DNA of 64,000 nucleotides from Synergistaceae bacterium (lineage in GTDB: Bacteria > Synergistota > Synergistia > Synergistales > Aminiphilaceae): contig DAIPKP010000002.1 of assembly GCA_036769705.1 (NCBI GenBank), positions 7,171 through 71,170 on the forward strand, written 5' to 3'. Below the pieces are notes generated by a model. That model was given only the letters and a program-made list of their open reading frames with translations. It made no database searches and had not been told where the DNA came from. The translations under genes were made by a program, and so were the position numbers. Below, in pieces: positions 1 through 9,013 of the stretch. Every line of letters begins with the position of its first letter. Within the stretch, counting starts at the first letter, position 1.

Positions 1-1
1 G

Positions 2-1024
2 CTGGATGTCTCCATTGAAGAAGATCTCATCGAAGAAGTGGGGAGAGTGGAGGGGTATGACGGTATCCCTTCCAGAATTCCCTCCAATCTTCATGCTACG
101 GGAAGTATCACTCGGGAAATGGACCAGGTCCGTCGTTTCCGGGAGGTCGCCATGGGGCGAGGATATTCGGAAGTGATAACCTATAGCTTCGTCTCTCCGG
201 ATATTTTTGAAAAACTTCTTTTGCCGGATACGGATAGGCGAAACAATCCGATAGCGGTGCTTAATCCCATAAGCAGCGAGCTTTCCCGGATGCGAACCTT
301 TCTTTTGCCCGGGTTGATCCAGAGCGTGATAAAAAACGTGAGAGCCGGGTGGAAGGATCCCATTCTCATTTTTGAGTCCGGGCGTGTTTTTTTACGATCC
401 GGAGATACGCACGTGGAACCCCCCCTTATAGGCGGGGTGGTTTATGCGGGCAAACGGAAAAATTTGCTTCGGGACGGAGAGGACTTCTATCGGGTCAAGG
501 GAGATGTTCTCGCTCTTTGCAAGAGTGCCAACGCCGAAGTTTCCCTCAGACAAGCGGAGGAACCCTTTGGCCATAAAGGACAGACCGGGCATATTTATTT
601 GGGCAATAGCCGTATAGGGTATCTTGCACGGCTCAAACCATCCATTGAAGAGGCTTTTGATTTAGGGGCTCCGCTATATGCTTTTGAAGTTGAAGTGGCC
701 CCTCTTCTCGATGCTCCCAAGAGAACATTTGGGGAAACTGCAAAATACCCTGGGGTATACAGAGATATCTCTCTTCTCGTAGACGTAAAAGAGGTAACGG
801 CGGAAGAAGTGTCGGCAAAGATTATCTCTCTCATGGGAGAACATGCCCGGGACATCACTCTTTTTGATGTTTATGAGGGGGAGGGGGTCCCCGAGGGGAA
901 ACGGAGCCTTTCTTTCTCCCTTCTTTATCGTCATGACGAGAGGACCTTGAGTGATGAGGAAGTGGACCGGCAACATGTCCGTTTGCGTGAGGCACTGGAA
1001 TCTTTGGGGTATATACTCCGATAG
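2..1024 (+). CDS. pheT: Phenylalanine--tRNA ligase beta subunit, C-terminal part (5' end lies outside the window)
   Basis: The frame is open from the window edge. DLIEEVGRVEGYDGIP, GHKGQTGHIYLG and the C-terminal GKRSLSFSLLYRHDERTLSDEEV are typical of the bacterial PheT C-terminal half. Stop TAG is at 1022-1024. Confidence 0.9.
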   Translation: MDVSIEEDLIEEVGRVEGYDGIPSRIPSNLHATGSITREMDQVRRFREVAMGRGYSEVITYSFVSPDIFEKLLLPDTDRRNNPIAVLNPISSELSRMRTFLLPGLIQSVIKNVRAGWKDPILIFESGRVFLRSGDTHVEPPLIGGVVYAGKRKNLLRDGEDFYRVKGDVLALCKSANAEVSLRQAEEPFGHKGQTGHIYLGNSRIGYLARLKPSIEEAFDLGAPLYAFEVEVAPLLDAPKRTFGETAKYPGVYRDISLLVDVKEVTAEEVSAKIISLMGEHARDITLFDVYEGEGVPEGKRSLSFSLLYRHDERTLSDEEVDRQHVRLREALESLGYILR

Positions 1025-1049
1025 ATAACCGTTCATGGAGGCAGCTCGT

Positions 1050-1334
1050 ATGCATACGCAACTCAAGGAAATAGAACAAATTGTGGAAAACGCCTTGGGG
1101 AAAATGGATTCGCTCCGAAAGGAACGAGAAGAACTTTTGGCCAGGATAGAATCCTATGAGAAAGTGATTCAGGAAAAAGATCTTGAGCTTATACGTCTCC
1201 GAAAGGAACAGCAACGTATCCTGGAAACGAAAGAACGGGAAGCCATGAATCTTGTAAAAGAACAGGGGCAGGCAGAGCAGAAAATCAAGAATCTTGTGGA
1301 GCGTTTCGAAAAAATATCCCGCACGGATGATTGA
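1050..1334 (+). CDS. Coiled-coil protein of unknown function, directly upstream of zapA
   Basis: E/K/L/Q-rich heptad-like sequence (LRKEREELLARIESYEKVIQEKDLELIRLRKEQQ). GGAGG (1037-1041) lies 8 nt before ATG 1050. The ORF-track start at ATG 1035 has no SD. Confidence 0.5.
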   Translation: MHTQLKEIEQIVENALGKMDSLRKEREELLARIESYEKVIQEKDLELIRLRKEQQRILETKEREAMNLVKEQGQAEQKIKNLVERFEKISRTDD

Positions 1335-1347
1335 GCTCAATAGTTTC

Positions 1348-1398
1348 TTCTTCCCCCGCAGCCCGGTATTACATGCGGGGGAAGAAACCGTGTTTTTT
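1348..1398 (+). terminator. Strong hairpin plus T-run between the coiled-coil gene and zapA (terminator or attenuator)
   Basis: Perfect 12-bp stem TTCTTCCCCCGC (1348-1359) / GCGGGGGAAGAA (1375-1386) with a 15-nt loop. TTTTTT follows at 1393-1398. Confidence 0.45.
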
Positions 1399-1422
1399 CA
1401 AAAGAGCTTAAGGAGCATGGTT

Positions 1423-1677
1423 ATGGAAAAAAAGGAAATCAAGGATGGTGCGCAGCAAAAACATACATTCCACCTTCTTGGTCGGGAATACAGCATTCTC
1501 TCCAAGTTGGAAGAATCTACTTTTGCCAGGGTTTCCGGAATTGTAAGAGAACAAATCAATTCTCTTCCCGCAGGGGTTAAGCAGGATGAGAAACTTGTTC
1601 TTGCCTGTCTCCAGCTGGCGTACACTTTAGATACTATCGCGAGGAAATGCAGTGGTTTCCTCGAAGATGAGGAGTAG
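1423..1677 (+). CDS. zapA: Cell division protein ZapA-like
   Basis: Small protein with the pattern HTFHLLGREYSI...VSGIVREQIN...DEKLVLACLQLAYTLD, matching the ZapA fold pattern. The position after pheT and before cvpA/mutS2 matches Bacillus. AGGAG lies 7 nt before ATG 1423; ATG 1417 is an alternative start. Confidence 0.65.
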   Translation: MEKKEIKDGAQQKHTFHLLGREYSILSKLEESTFARVSGIVREQINSLPAGVKQDEKLVLACLQLAYTLDTIARKCSGFLEDEE

Positions 1678-1686
1678 AGAAAAATT

Positions 1687-2280
1687 ATGTCTGGAGCGGA
1701 TCTTTTCGACGCTCTTTTTGCGGTTGTTTTCTTGTATTTGGGGGTAAAGGGTTTTCTCCGGGGACTTACCGGTGAAATTTGTTCCCTCATAGGTTTTTTC
1801 GGCGGGATTTTTCTTGCCTGGAAATTGGGTCCTCTCCTCGGAGAACGTGTGAGCGGTTCCGTTCCTGCGGATAAAATGCCCATGGCGACCATTCTTATCA
1901 TGGCGGCGATTTTCATCGTCATCAATCTTTGCTCATCCCTTATCTACAGAATGATTCGCTTTGTCGTAAAATTTGCCTATCTCGGAACTCTTGATCGCCT
2001 CGGGGGTATCGTCTCAGGTGCTCTTAAGGGGGTGGCTCTGCTTCTTCTCGTCTTTGTGTTGGGAACCATGATACGCATTCCTCTTACGCAAAGTTGGTTT
2101 ACCGAAAGCCGATCCATGCGGATCGCCGCTGCCATATGGCCTCATATTACGGAATATGTGGATTCTCATGGCATAAGCCTGCCTGGAAGTGTCGAAGAGC
2201 CTGCTCAGGAATCTCCCTTTTCCATTCTTTCTCCTCAAAACGAGTCTCCTTCCGCAAACGAAAGGAGTGTCTGGGATTGA
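1687..2280 (+). CDS. cvpA: CvpA family membrane protein
   Basis: N-terminus DLFDALFAVVFLYLGVKGFLRGLTGEI followed by 4 hydrophobic segments. Synteny zapA-cvpA-mutS2. Confidence 0.8.
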   Translation: MSGADLFDALFAVVFLYLGVKGFLRGLTGEICSLIGFFGGIFLAWKLGPLLGERVSGSVPADKMPMATILIMAAIFIVINLCSSLIYRMIRFVVKFAYLGTLDRLGGIVSGALKGVALLLLVFVLGTMIRIPLTQSWFTESRSMRIAAAIWPHITEYVDSHGISLPGSVEEPAQESPFSILSPQNESPSANERSVWD

Positions 2281-4640
2281 TTGTTTCCTCCAGGGCGTTG
2301 GAGATTTTCGAATTTGAAAAAATCCTTGCCCTTTTTACCCCCTATTGTCGCACCTCTCTTGGAGAACAATGTTTTTTAAAGAGTCAGCCCTTTTCCGGAC
2401 GAGAATTTCTCGAAAGGCATCACCGTATTTTAGAGCAGTATCGGGGTTGTACCGAAAAAGAAGAGGGCTTTCCTAAAATTGAAGGAATAGAGCCTCTCGG
2501 AAATCTTTTGGATAAGGCAAAGGAATCGGGAATCCTTTTTGGAGAAGAACTTCTTCTCTTTCAGCGAATTTTTGCTTTGGGAATCAGGATAAGAGCTTTT
2601 ATGGGAGAGCGCCAGGAGGAATATCCCGATCTATCGGAATATGTTAAAAAAATACGGGATTTCCAACAGGAACACGCTCTTCTGGGAGTCCTCGATGCGG
2701 ACGGGTTTCTTTACGATCATGCGTCTCCCAGGCTTGGAGATCTTCGATTACGTATTCGCAATCTGAAAAGCAAAGCCCGCTCTTTAGGGAATTCCCTATT
2801 GAATGATCCGAGTTTCGCGGGAAAACTTCAAGAACGAGTGCTTTCCTTCCGGGACGGACGTTTCGCGGTGCTTGTGAAAAAAGAGCATGTCAATTCTCTT
2901 TCCGGAATACTTCTTTACTCTTCGAGCTCCGGTAATTCCGCATATATGGAGCCTTCAAGTCTCGTCTCCCTCAACAATGAGCTTTCCATGGCGGTTCAGG
3001 AAGAAAAAGAGGAAGAACGCCGGATTCTCCGGGAACTTACACAGGCCATTTTGTTTCGGGAGAAACCGGTGCGGCTTCTGGAAGAGGTCATGGCATTTCT
3101 CGATCTCCTTTATGCCGTTACCTGCATGATGGCAGAAAAAAAATGGGTTCTTCCCCAAATAGAAAAAAAAACATCCTTTTCCTTGCGGAAAGCCCGGCAT
3201 CCCTTGCTCGGGAAATCTGCGGTTCCCCTGGATCTTTCCTGCGGAGGGAGAAATCTTTCTATCGTTATTACCGGGCCGAATACGGGAGGCAAAACGGTAG
3301 CCCTTAAAACGGTGGCGGTAGCAGTTCTGCTCTTTTGGTACGGTTTGCCCGCTCCCGTGGAAGAAGGCTCCAGGATAGGCGATTTCGACAATCTCCTCGC
3401 GGATATTGGAGACGAGCAAAGTATTACGCAAAGCCTTTCCACTTTTAGCGGGCATATCAAAAACATTGTTGCCATGCTCAAGGATGCTACGGAACGCTCC
3501 CTGGTAATTTTGGACGAGCTTGGAGCCGGAACAGATCCTCAGGAAGGCGCGGCTTTAGGTATTGCCATTCTTGAAGCATTTCTCCAGAGAAGAAGCCTCG
3601 TTCTGGCGACGACCCACCATAATCCTCTCAAGCGGTATGCTCTCACGACTCCTCGCATCGAGGCGGCGAGTATGGAGTTTGACCCCGTTACGGCATCCCC
3701 TACGTATCGGCTTATTGTGGGAATCCCCGGAAAGAGTAACGCCATTCTTATTGCCGAGAGATACGGACTCGACAAACAGGTTTTACGCCGGGCCCGGGAA
3801 GTCGTTCTGGAACAAAGTGATCCTCTGGAAGTCTCGGAAAATAGGCTTTTTGAAAAAGAACTTCTGCTCGATAAAAAAGAACGGGAATTATCCTTTTCCC
3901 TTCAAAAAGTTGCAGAGAAGAAAAAGGATTTGGATGAAAAAATAGCCTATCTTGAGGATGCAAAGGAAAATATTTTGCGTAAATCCGACGATGAAGCTCG
4001 TAAACTTTTGAGAGAGGCCGAAGAAAAAGCAAAAAATCTTCTTAAACTTGCAAAAACTGATTCTGGTGGAGAAGCTCAGTCTCGAAGAGAACATGTGAAA
4101 CGAGATGTGAACAAACTGAAAAAAACCCTGGATGCGCGGGAAGAGAAGCGTTTTCGCAGAAAATCCATGGAAAAACAAAGCATTTCTCCTGCGCCGGGCA
4201 TGTTTGTCGAAATCATCGATAGCAAGGTAAAGGGAGAAATCCTTCAGGTGAAAAACAGTAAGGTTACGGTACAGGCCGGAGGTTTGCATATTGAGGTACC
4301 TTTTCATAAGGTACGTATCGCTTCCGCCCCGGAAAAGAAAGATACGGGGAAACCTGGACGCCTTTCCTCGTCGCCCTCCGTGGTGTCTGGAGAACGTATC
4401 GGAACCAGTATTATGATTCGAGGAATGACTGTGGACGAAGCTATGCCTCTCATGGAACAGTACCTCGACAAAGCTTTCCGCCACGGTTATGATGCGGTAA
4501 CGGTTATTCATGGGCGTGGTGAGGGGATTTTACGAAGGGAAGTTCACCGGATATGTAAATCCCTTCCTTACGTTACCTCTTATTCCCTCGGAGAACCTCA
4601 TGAAGGAGGAGTGGGGGTTACCATAGTACATTTTCGATAA
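2277..4640 (+). CDS. mutS2: Endonuclease MutS2 (MutS ATPase domain plus C-terminal Smr domain)
   Basis: Walker A ITGPNTGGKTVALKT, DELGAGTDPQEGAALG, and C-terminal Smr IRGMTVDEAM...VTVIHGRGEGILR. The likely start is TTG 2277, 9 nt after AAAGGAG. The ORF-track start 2094 overlaps cvpA. Confidence 0.9.
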   Translation: MIVSSRALEIFEFEKILALFTPYCRTSLGEQCFLKSQPFSGREFLERHHRILEQYRGCTEKEEGFPKIEGIEPLGNLLDKAKESGILFGEELLLFQRIFALGIRIRAFMGERQEEYPDLSEYVKKIRDFQQEHALLGVLDADGFLYDHASPRLGDLRLRIRNLKSKARSLGNSLLNDPSFAGKLQERVLSFRDGRFAVLVKKEHVNSLSGILLYSSSSGNSAYMEPSSLVSLNNELSMAVQEEKEEERRILRELTQAILFREKPVRLLEEVMAFLDLLYAVTCMMAEKKWVLPQIEKKTSFSLRKARHPLLGKSAVPLDLSCGGRNLSIVITGPNTGGKTVALKTVAVAVLLFWYGLPAPVEEGSRIGDFDNLLADIGDEQSITQSLSTFSGHIKNIVAMLKDATERSLVILDELGAGTDPQEGAALGIAILEAFLQRRSLVLATTHHNPLKRYALTTPRIEAASMEFDPVTASPTYRLIVGIPGKSNAILIAERYGLDKQVLRRAREVVLEQSDPLEVSENRLFEKELLLDKKERELSFSLQKVAEKKKDLDEKIAYLEDAKENILRKSDDEARKLLREAEEKAKNLLKLAKTDSGGEAQSRREHVKRDVNKLKKTLDAREEKRFRRKSMEKQSISPAPGMFVEIIDSKVKGEILQVKNSKVTVQAGGLHIEVPFHKVRIASAPEKKDTGKPGRLSSSPSVVSGERIGTSIMIRGMTVDEAMPLMEQYLDKAFRHGYDAVTVIHGRGEGILRREVHRICKSLPYVTSYSLGEPHEGGVGVTIVHFR

Positions 4641-4748
4641 TAGGATATTTTGTTACTTTGTATCCCCTAGGGGAAATTTAATGGGGTTGCAGGATTTGGG
4701 GTTTTTCGGTTTCCGTGATTTCTCAAACGCTTGAAAACTCTACGACCC

Positions 4749-4777
4749 TTGCAACAACGCTTTTTCTACAGTACAAT
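4749..4777 (+). promoter_or_regulatory. Sigma-70-type promoter for tRNA-Ser
   Basis: TTGCAA (4749-4754), 17-nt spacer, TACAAT (4772-4777). The tRNA starts 15 nt downstream. Confidence 0.6.
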
Positions 4778-4791
4778 ACCTCTGCTGTTGC

Positions 4792-4879
4792 GGAGGGCTG
4801 GCCGAGCGGTCGAAGGCGGTTGACTTGAAATCAATTGAAGCGCAAGCTTCCGGGGGTTCGAATCCCTCGCCCTCCGCCA
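4792..4879 (+). tRNA. tRNA-Ser (anticodon TGA, long variable arm, CCA encoded)
   Basis: Acceptor GGAGGGC/GCCCTCC, D arm GCC..GGC, anticodon stem GTTGA/TCAAT with loop CTTGAAA, variable arm TGAAGCGCAAGCTTCC, T loop TTCGAAT, and 3' GCCA. Confidence 0.95.
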
Positions 4880-4912
4880 AGCGTATTTTTGCTTTTGTCG
4901 GGTTCTGTCAGC

Positions 4913-4954
4913 AAAGCAACGGTCCTAGCATGAAAGGGGATTGTTGCTTTTTTT
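4913..4954 (+). terminator. Putative intrinsic terminator after tRNA-Ser
   Basis: AAAGCAAC (4913-4920) pairs with GTTGCTTT (4943-4950). It runs into T7 (4948-4954). The loop is large (22 nt). Confidence 0.45.
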
Positions 4955-4998
4955 GTTCGATTATATGTGAAAGCGGCGTGTTTTTGCAGAGAGAAGAG

Positions 4999-6816
4999 GT
5001 GTTCCTCCTGGATTCCAAATATATTAGAAATTTTTGCATCATCGCTCACGTGGATCATGGTAAATCCACCTTGGCGGATCGGTTGCTGGAGAAGACTCAA
5101 ACCGTAAATTCCCGGGACATGAAAGCTCAGTATCTTGATTCCCTTGAACTGGAGCGGGAACGGGGCATCACCATAAAACTTGTTCCTGTGCGCATGAAAT
5201 ATACCGCCCAGGACGGACAAACCTATCAGCTCAATCTTATCGATACTCCGGGGCATGTGGACTTCAGCTATGAGGTTTCCCGTTCTCTTGCGGCTTGTGA
5301 AGGAGCTCTCCTCGTGGTAGATGCCGCTCAGGGAGTGGAAGCTCAAACCATGGCAAATGCTTATCTTGCGGTGGATCAAGACTTGGAACTCCTGCCGGTG
5401 ATCAATAAAATAGATTTGCCCTCGGCGCAACCTGAGAAAGTGACGCAGGAAATTGGCGAACTTATCGGTATCGATACGGAAAATATTCTTCTTTGCAGCG
5501 CAAAGGATGGGACCGGCGTCGAGGATATTCTCGAAGCGGTGGTTCGCAATGTCCCTCCTCCGAAGGGGGACGAGGCGAAACCGCTTCAGGCGCTTATTTT
5601 CGATTCGGTATACGATAATTATCGGGGAGTTATCTGTTATATCCGTGTCATGGAGGGAACGCTTCGCCGGGGAGATGCCATCTATTTTATGGCTCCCGGC
5701 AAGCGAGGTGACGTAGAGGAAATTGGCGTTTTTTCTCCCGGCATGGTCCCCGTGGAGGTACTCGAGGCAGGAGAAGTGGGATACGTTATTACGAACATGA
5801 AGTCCTTGGAGGATGCCCGAGTTGGGGATACCATTACATCTGTGGAGTTTCCTGCTTCAAAACCCCTTCCCGGGTATAAAAGAGTAAAACCTGTGGTGTT
5901 CTGTGGTTTTTATCCTCTAGAGAGAGAGGACTATCCTCATCTCCGGGATGCTTTGGAAAAACTGACCCTGAATGATAGTGCCATCGAATTTATTCCAGAA
6001 ACATCCGTAGCTCTTGGTTTTGGTTTCCGATGTGGCTTTTTGGGATTGCTCCATATGGATATTGCCAAGGAACGGCTTCGGAGGGAATATGGGGTGGAGC
6101 TTGTGGCTACTACGCCCAATGTAATTTATCAAGTGGAAAAAACGGACGGGGAGGTTCTCGAGGTGCACCGTCCTTCAGATTTTCCTCCTATTGGAGAGAT
6201 TGAAGAGATTCGGGAGCCTTATATTCGTTTGACTACCTTTCTTCCTTCGGATTATGTAGGAAAAGTTATGCAGCTCTGCCAAGACAAGCGGGGAGTATTT
6301 AAATCCATGGATTATATTACCCCGGAGAGAGTTCGTCTTATTTACGAGGTTCCCCTTGCGGAATTTATTTTCGATTTTCATGATAAGCTTAAATCTGTTT
6401 CCCGAGGGTATGCTTCCCTGGATTATGAATACATCGGATTTTTCCCGGGGGATCTCGAAAAGGTGGATATCCTCATTGCTTCCGAAGCCTTGGACGCATT
6501 TTCGTTTATATGCCATAAAGATTTTGCTTATCGTCGAGGCCTTGCGGTAACGAGGGCTTTGAAAGAACTTATCCCCAGACAGCTTTTCGAAGTCCCCATT
6601 CAGGCAAGCATTGGGAAAAAGGTAATTGTTCGGCAAAATATCAAGGCTCTCCGAAAAGATGTTTTGGCTAAATGTTACGGAGGGGATATTACGCGAAAGA
6701 GAAAACTTCTGGAAAAGCAGAAGGAAGGAAAGCGTAAGATGAAAATGATCGGCAAGGTTTCTATACCTCAAGAGGCCTTTTTGGCATTTCTCAAGGTTGA
6801 CGAGGATGAAGACTGA
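4999..6816 (+). CDS. lepA: Elongation factor 4 (LepA)
   Basis: [35 protein letters not shown], and the C-terminal LepA-specific region. The start is uncertain (GTG 4999 chosen). The ORF-track start 4825 lies inside the tRNA-Ser gene. Confidence 0.9.
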   Translation: MFLLDSKYIRNFCIIAHVDHGKSTLADRLLEKTQTVNSRDMKAQYLDSLELERERGITIKLVPVRMKYTAQDGQTYQLNLIDTPGHVDFSYEVSRSLAACEGALLVVDAAQGVEAQTMANAYLAVDQDLELLPVINKIDLPSAQPEKVTQEIGELIGIDTENILLCSAKDGTGVEDILEAVVRNVPPPKGDEAKPLQALIFDSVYDNYRGVICYIRVMEGTLRRGDAIYFMAPGKRGDVEEIGVFSPGMVPVEVLEAGEVGYVITNMKSLEDARVGDTITSVEFPASKPLPGYKRVKPVVFCGFYPLEREDYPHLRDALEKLTLNDSAIEFIPETSVALGFGFRCGFLGLLHMDIAKERLRREYGVELVATTPNVIYQVEKTDGEVLEVHRPSDFPPIGEIEEIREPYIRLTTFLPSDYVGKVMQLCQDKRGVFKSMDYITPERVRLIYEVPLAEFIFDFHDKLKSVSRGYASLDYEYIGFFPGDLEKVDILIASEALDAFSFICHKDFAYRRGLAVTRALKELIPRQLFEVPIQASIGKKVIVRQNIKALRKDVLAKCYGGDITRKRKLLEKQKEGKRKMKMIGKVSIPQEAFLAFLKVDEDED

Positions 6817-6876
6817 GGATGTGTTTTTTGCAAGGGGCCCTGGAAAAATACCCTTGACCCCTTGCGGATTGCATTC

Positions 6877-7482
6877 TTAGGGAATGCTTATCACCCTGGA
6901 AGGCCCCAGCATGGCTTCGGTGATATCGAACATGTTCGATATGGTGCCCACGCCGATTTTTTCGGTTATTCCAAAGTGATTCGTGCAGGTTCCACATACG
7001 AGGATTTCGGTCCCCTGAGTGAACATTTTTTCGAGGCTTTCAAGAGTGGAGGAACCTTTTTCAGCAAGGAAAACTCCTTCGTTCATGAGAATAATGGTCT
7101 TGGGCAACCCTTCTTTTTCTGCTATGGTACTCAGGAAGCCTTTGATAAGAACTTCTCCTAGATGGGGATCTGCACCTCCAAGAATGCGATGGCAAATAAC
7201 CAAAACAAAGCTGTCTTCGGATTTTTTTGTGATGTTTTCGCGGGATATCTGAACGGGAAGGTTGTTATCCTTGGAGTTGTCGCGAAAACTATGGAGCTCT
7301 ATTCCGGGATTGCCCGGTTTCCTGGAAAAGGAAAAACCGGATTTTTCCAGAAGACGTTCTACGTTTTGTGCGGGAATTTCAGAATCCACAAGTATTGTGA
7401 GAATGCTATTCCCCTCATCGATGGCTTTTTTTGTGAGAATCACCGGTTGAGGACAACTTTTTCCGCGTGCGTCGATCAACAT
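6877..7482 (-). CDS. yedF: Selenium metabolism protein YedF (TusA/SirA-like N-domain plus DsrE-like C-domain)
   Basis: N-terminus LIDARGKSCPQPVILTKKAI (CPxP motif of the TusA family) and a C-terminal domain with VCGTCTNHFG. It is divergent from selA. Confidence 0.8.
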   Translation of the reverse strand: MLIDARGKSCPQPVILTKKAIDEGNSILTILVDSEIPAQNVERLLEKSGFSFSRKPGNPGIELHSFRDNSKDNNLPVQISRENITKKSEDSFVLVICHRILGGADPHLGEVLIKGFLSTIAEKEGLPKTIILMNEGVFLAEKGSSTLESLEKMFTQGTEILVCGTCTNHFGITEKIGVGTISNMFDITEAMLGPSRVISIP

Positions 7483-7618
7483 GACAGCAGGACCTTCCCT
7501 TCATCGAAAAATTTTTGAGGGTGCTGAAAAAATACAGAAGAAGCCTATACTAGCATAACTGTAGTGTTCCGGAAATCCGGGGAAGTTATTTTTTACGATA
7601 AACGAACGGGGTGGTTTT

Positions 7619-9013
7619 TTGCTTGACACGTCACGACGCGCTCTTCTGCGTCAAATTCCTTCCATGGATGAAATTCTTTCGGCAGATTGGGTTCCTGAAG
7701 TAGAGGCGCGCATTGGTAGGGATGCAGTGAAAAGCAGCATCGCTGAAGTAATTGGCTATACCCGCCAAAAAATTCGTCACGGTGAAATAGACGCTGTTTC
7801 CGTGGAGGCTCTTTTAAAAGAAGCCAAAGATCTTTGCGTGCATCGAAGCACCCCCCACATGATTCCTCTTATCAATGCCACGGGAGTGGTGGTCCACACG
7901 AATTTAGGACGCTCTCTTCTTCATCCCGAAGCGGTGGAGCGTGTCCGCCAGATTGCTTCTCAGTACAATACGTTGGAATATGATATCCAAGAAGGCGAGC
8001 GAGGGCATCGTCACACTCACGTAGAATGGCTTCTCTGCCAGCTTACCGGAGCAGATGCCGCGCTGGTAGTAAATAACAATGCGGGAGCGGTGCTACTTGC
8101 TCTTACCGCTCTGGGACAGGGGAAAGAAGCTATTGTTTCCCGGGGAGAGCTTGTGGAAATTGGAGGATCCTTCCGTATTCCGGAAATCATGTCCCTTTCC
8201 GGGGCTGCCATGGTAGAGGTGGGCACCACCAACAGAACCCATATGAGGGATTACAGCCAGGCGCTTACGGAAAATACCGCCATCCTCCTAAAAGTGCATC
8301 CTTCGAATTTCAGGATCCTGGGCTTCTCATCCTCGGTGAGAAGAGAGGAGTTAGCCTCTCTGGCAAAGGAAAAAGACCTGGTCTTCATGGAAGACCTGGG
8401 AAGCGGTACTCTTATCGATCTTTCCCCCTATTGTGGTTTTGAAGAGCCCTCTGTCCGAACCTGCGTTTCCCAGGGAGTGGATCTCGTTACCTTTTCCGGA
8501 GATAAACTCCTGGGAGGTCCCCAGGGAGGAATTGTCGTAGGACGGGTGGCGCTTGTGAACAAGCTTCGGAGTCATCCTCTTTACCGGGCTCTTCGGGTGG
8601 ATAAAATGACCCTTGCGGCTTTGGAAACTACCTTGCGCCTCTATTTGACCTCTCGAGAGATGGAAATTCCAACCCTCGGAATGATAGGAACTTCCGAGGG
8701 GCTTCTCAAAGAACGGGCGGAAAATCTTCAGAGCAAGCTGGCTTCGGAGGTCCCCTATCTTGTGGCGAAAATTGTTCCTACCGAGGATGCCATTGGAGGA
8801 GGAGCTTTTCCGGGGACGTTTCTCTCAGGTTTTGGCGTTGCCTTGACCTATCCCGGACTTTCTCCGGCTCTTTTTCATAAACGGTTGCGCCACGCATCTA
8901 CGCCAGTTATTTCTGTGGTTCGTGAAAATACCCTGGTTCTCCATGCACGAACCCTTTTTCCTGAAAACATGGATTCTCTCGTGAAGAGCGTGAAGGAGAG
9001 TGTTGCTTCATGA
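7619..9013 (+). CDS. selA: L-seryl-tRNA(Sec) selenium transferase (selenocysteine synthase)
   Basis: N-terminus LLRQIPSMDEIL, NNNAGAVLLAL, and the PLP-lysine motif FSGDKLLGGPQGG. TTG start. The stop overlaps the selB start (ATGA). Confidence 0.9.
   Translation: MLDTSRRALLRQIPSMDEILSADWVPEVEARIGRDAVKSSIAEVIGYTRQKIRHGEIDAVSVEALLKEAKDLCVHRSTPHMIPLINATGVVVHTNLGRSLLHPEAVERVRQIASQYNTLEYDIQEGERGHRHTHVEWLLCQLTGADAALVVNNNAGAVLLALTALGQGKEAIVSRGELVEIGGSFRIPEIMSLSGAAMVEVGTTNRTHMRDYSQALTENTAILLKVHPSNFRILGFSSSVRREELASLAKEKDLVFMEDLGSGTLIDLSPYCGFEEPSVRTCVSQGVDLVTFSGDKLLGGPQGGIVVGRVALVNKLRSHPLYRALRVDKMTLAALETTLRLYLTSREMEIPTLGMIGTSEGLLKERAENLQSKLASEVPYLVAKIVPTEDAIGGGAFPGTFLSGFGVALTYPGLSPALFHKRLRHASTPVISVVRENTLVLHARTLFPENMDSLVKSVKESVAS

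Noticed and set aside
2094-2276. N-terminal extension of the mutS2 ORF. Analogous extensions occur for ispE (10871), Nif3 (13096), DUF2905 (32253), ftcD (43593), the hypothetical protein (56329) and glpX (59180)
   Set aside because: The extensions overlap the preceding gene or intergenic structures. Each has an internal start with a proper SD that matches the family N-terminus.
4792-4879. Possible tRNA-Sec (selC), given the long variable arm and the proximity to the selenium genes
   Set aside because: The anticodon loop is CTTGAAA, so the anticodon is TGA (reads UCA Ser), not TCA. The acceptor stem is the normal 7 bp. This is an ordinary tRNA-Ser.
4825-4998. N-terminal 58 codons of the ORF-track lepA entry
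   Set aside because: This stretch runs through the tRNA-Ser gene and its terminator. LepA homology begins at [16 protein letters not shown], so a start near 4999 is more sensible.
6830-6865. GCAAGGGG / CCCCTTGC inverted repeat between convergent lepA and yedF as a bidirectional terminator
   Set aside because: The 8-bp stem has a 20-nt loop. No U-tract follows it on either strand; the T6 precedes it on the + strand. It is not convincing enough to call.
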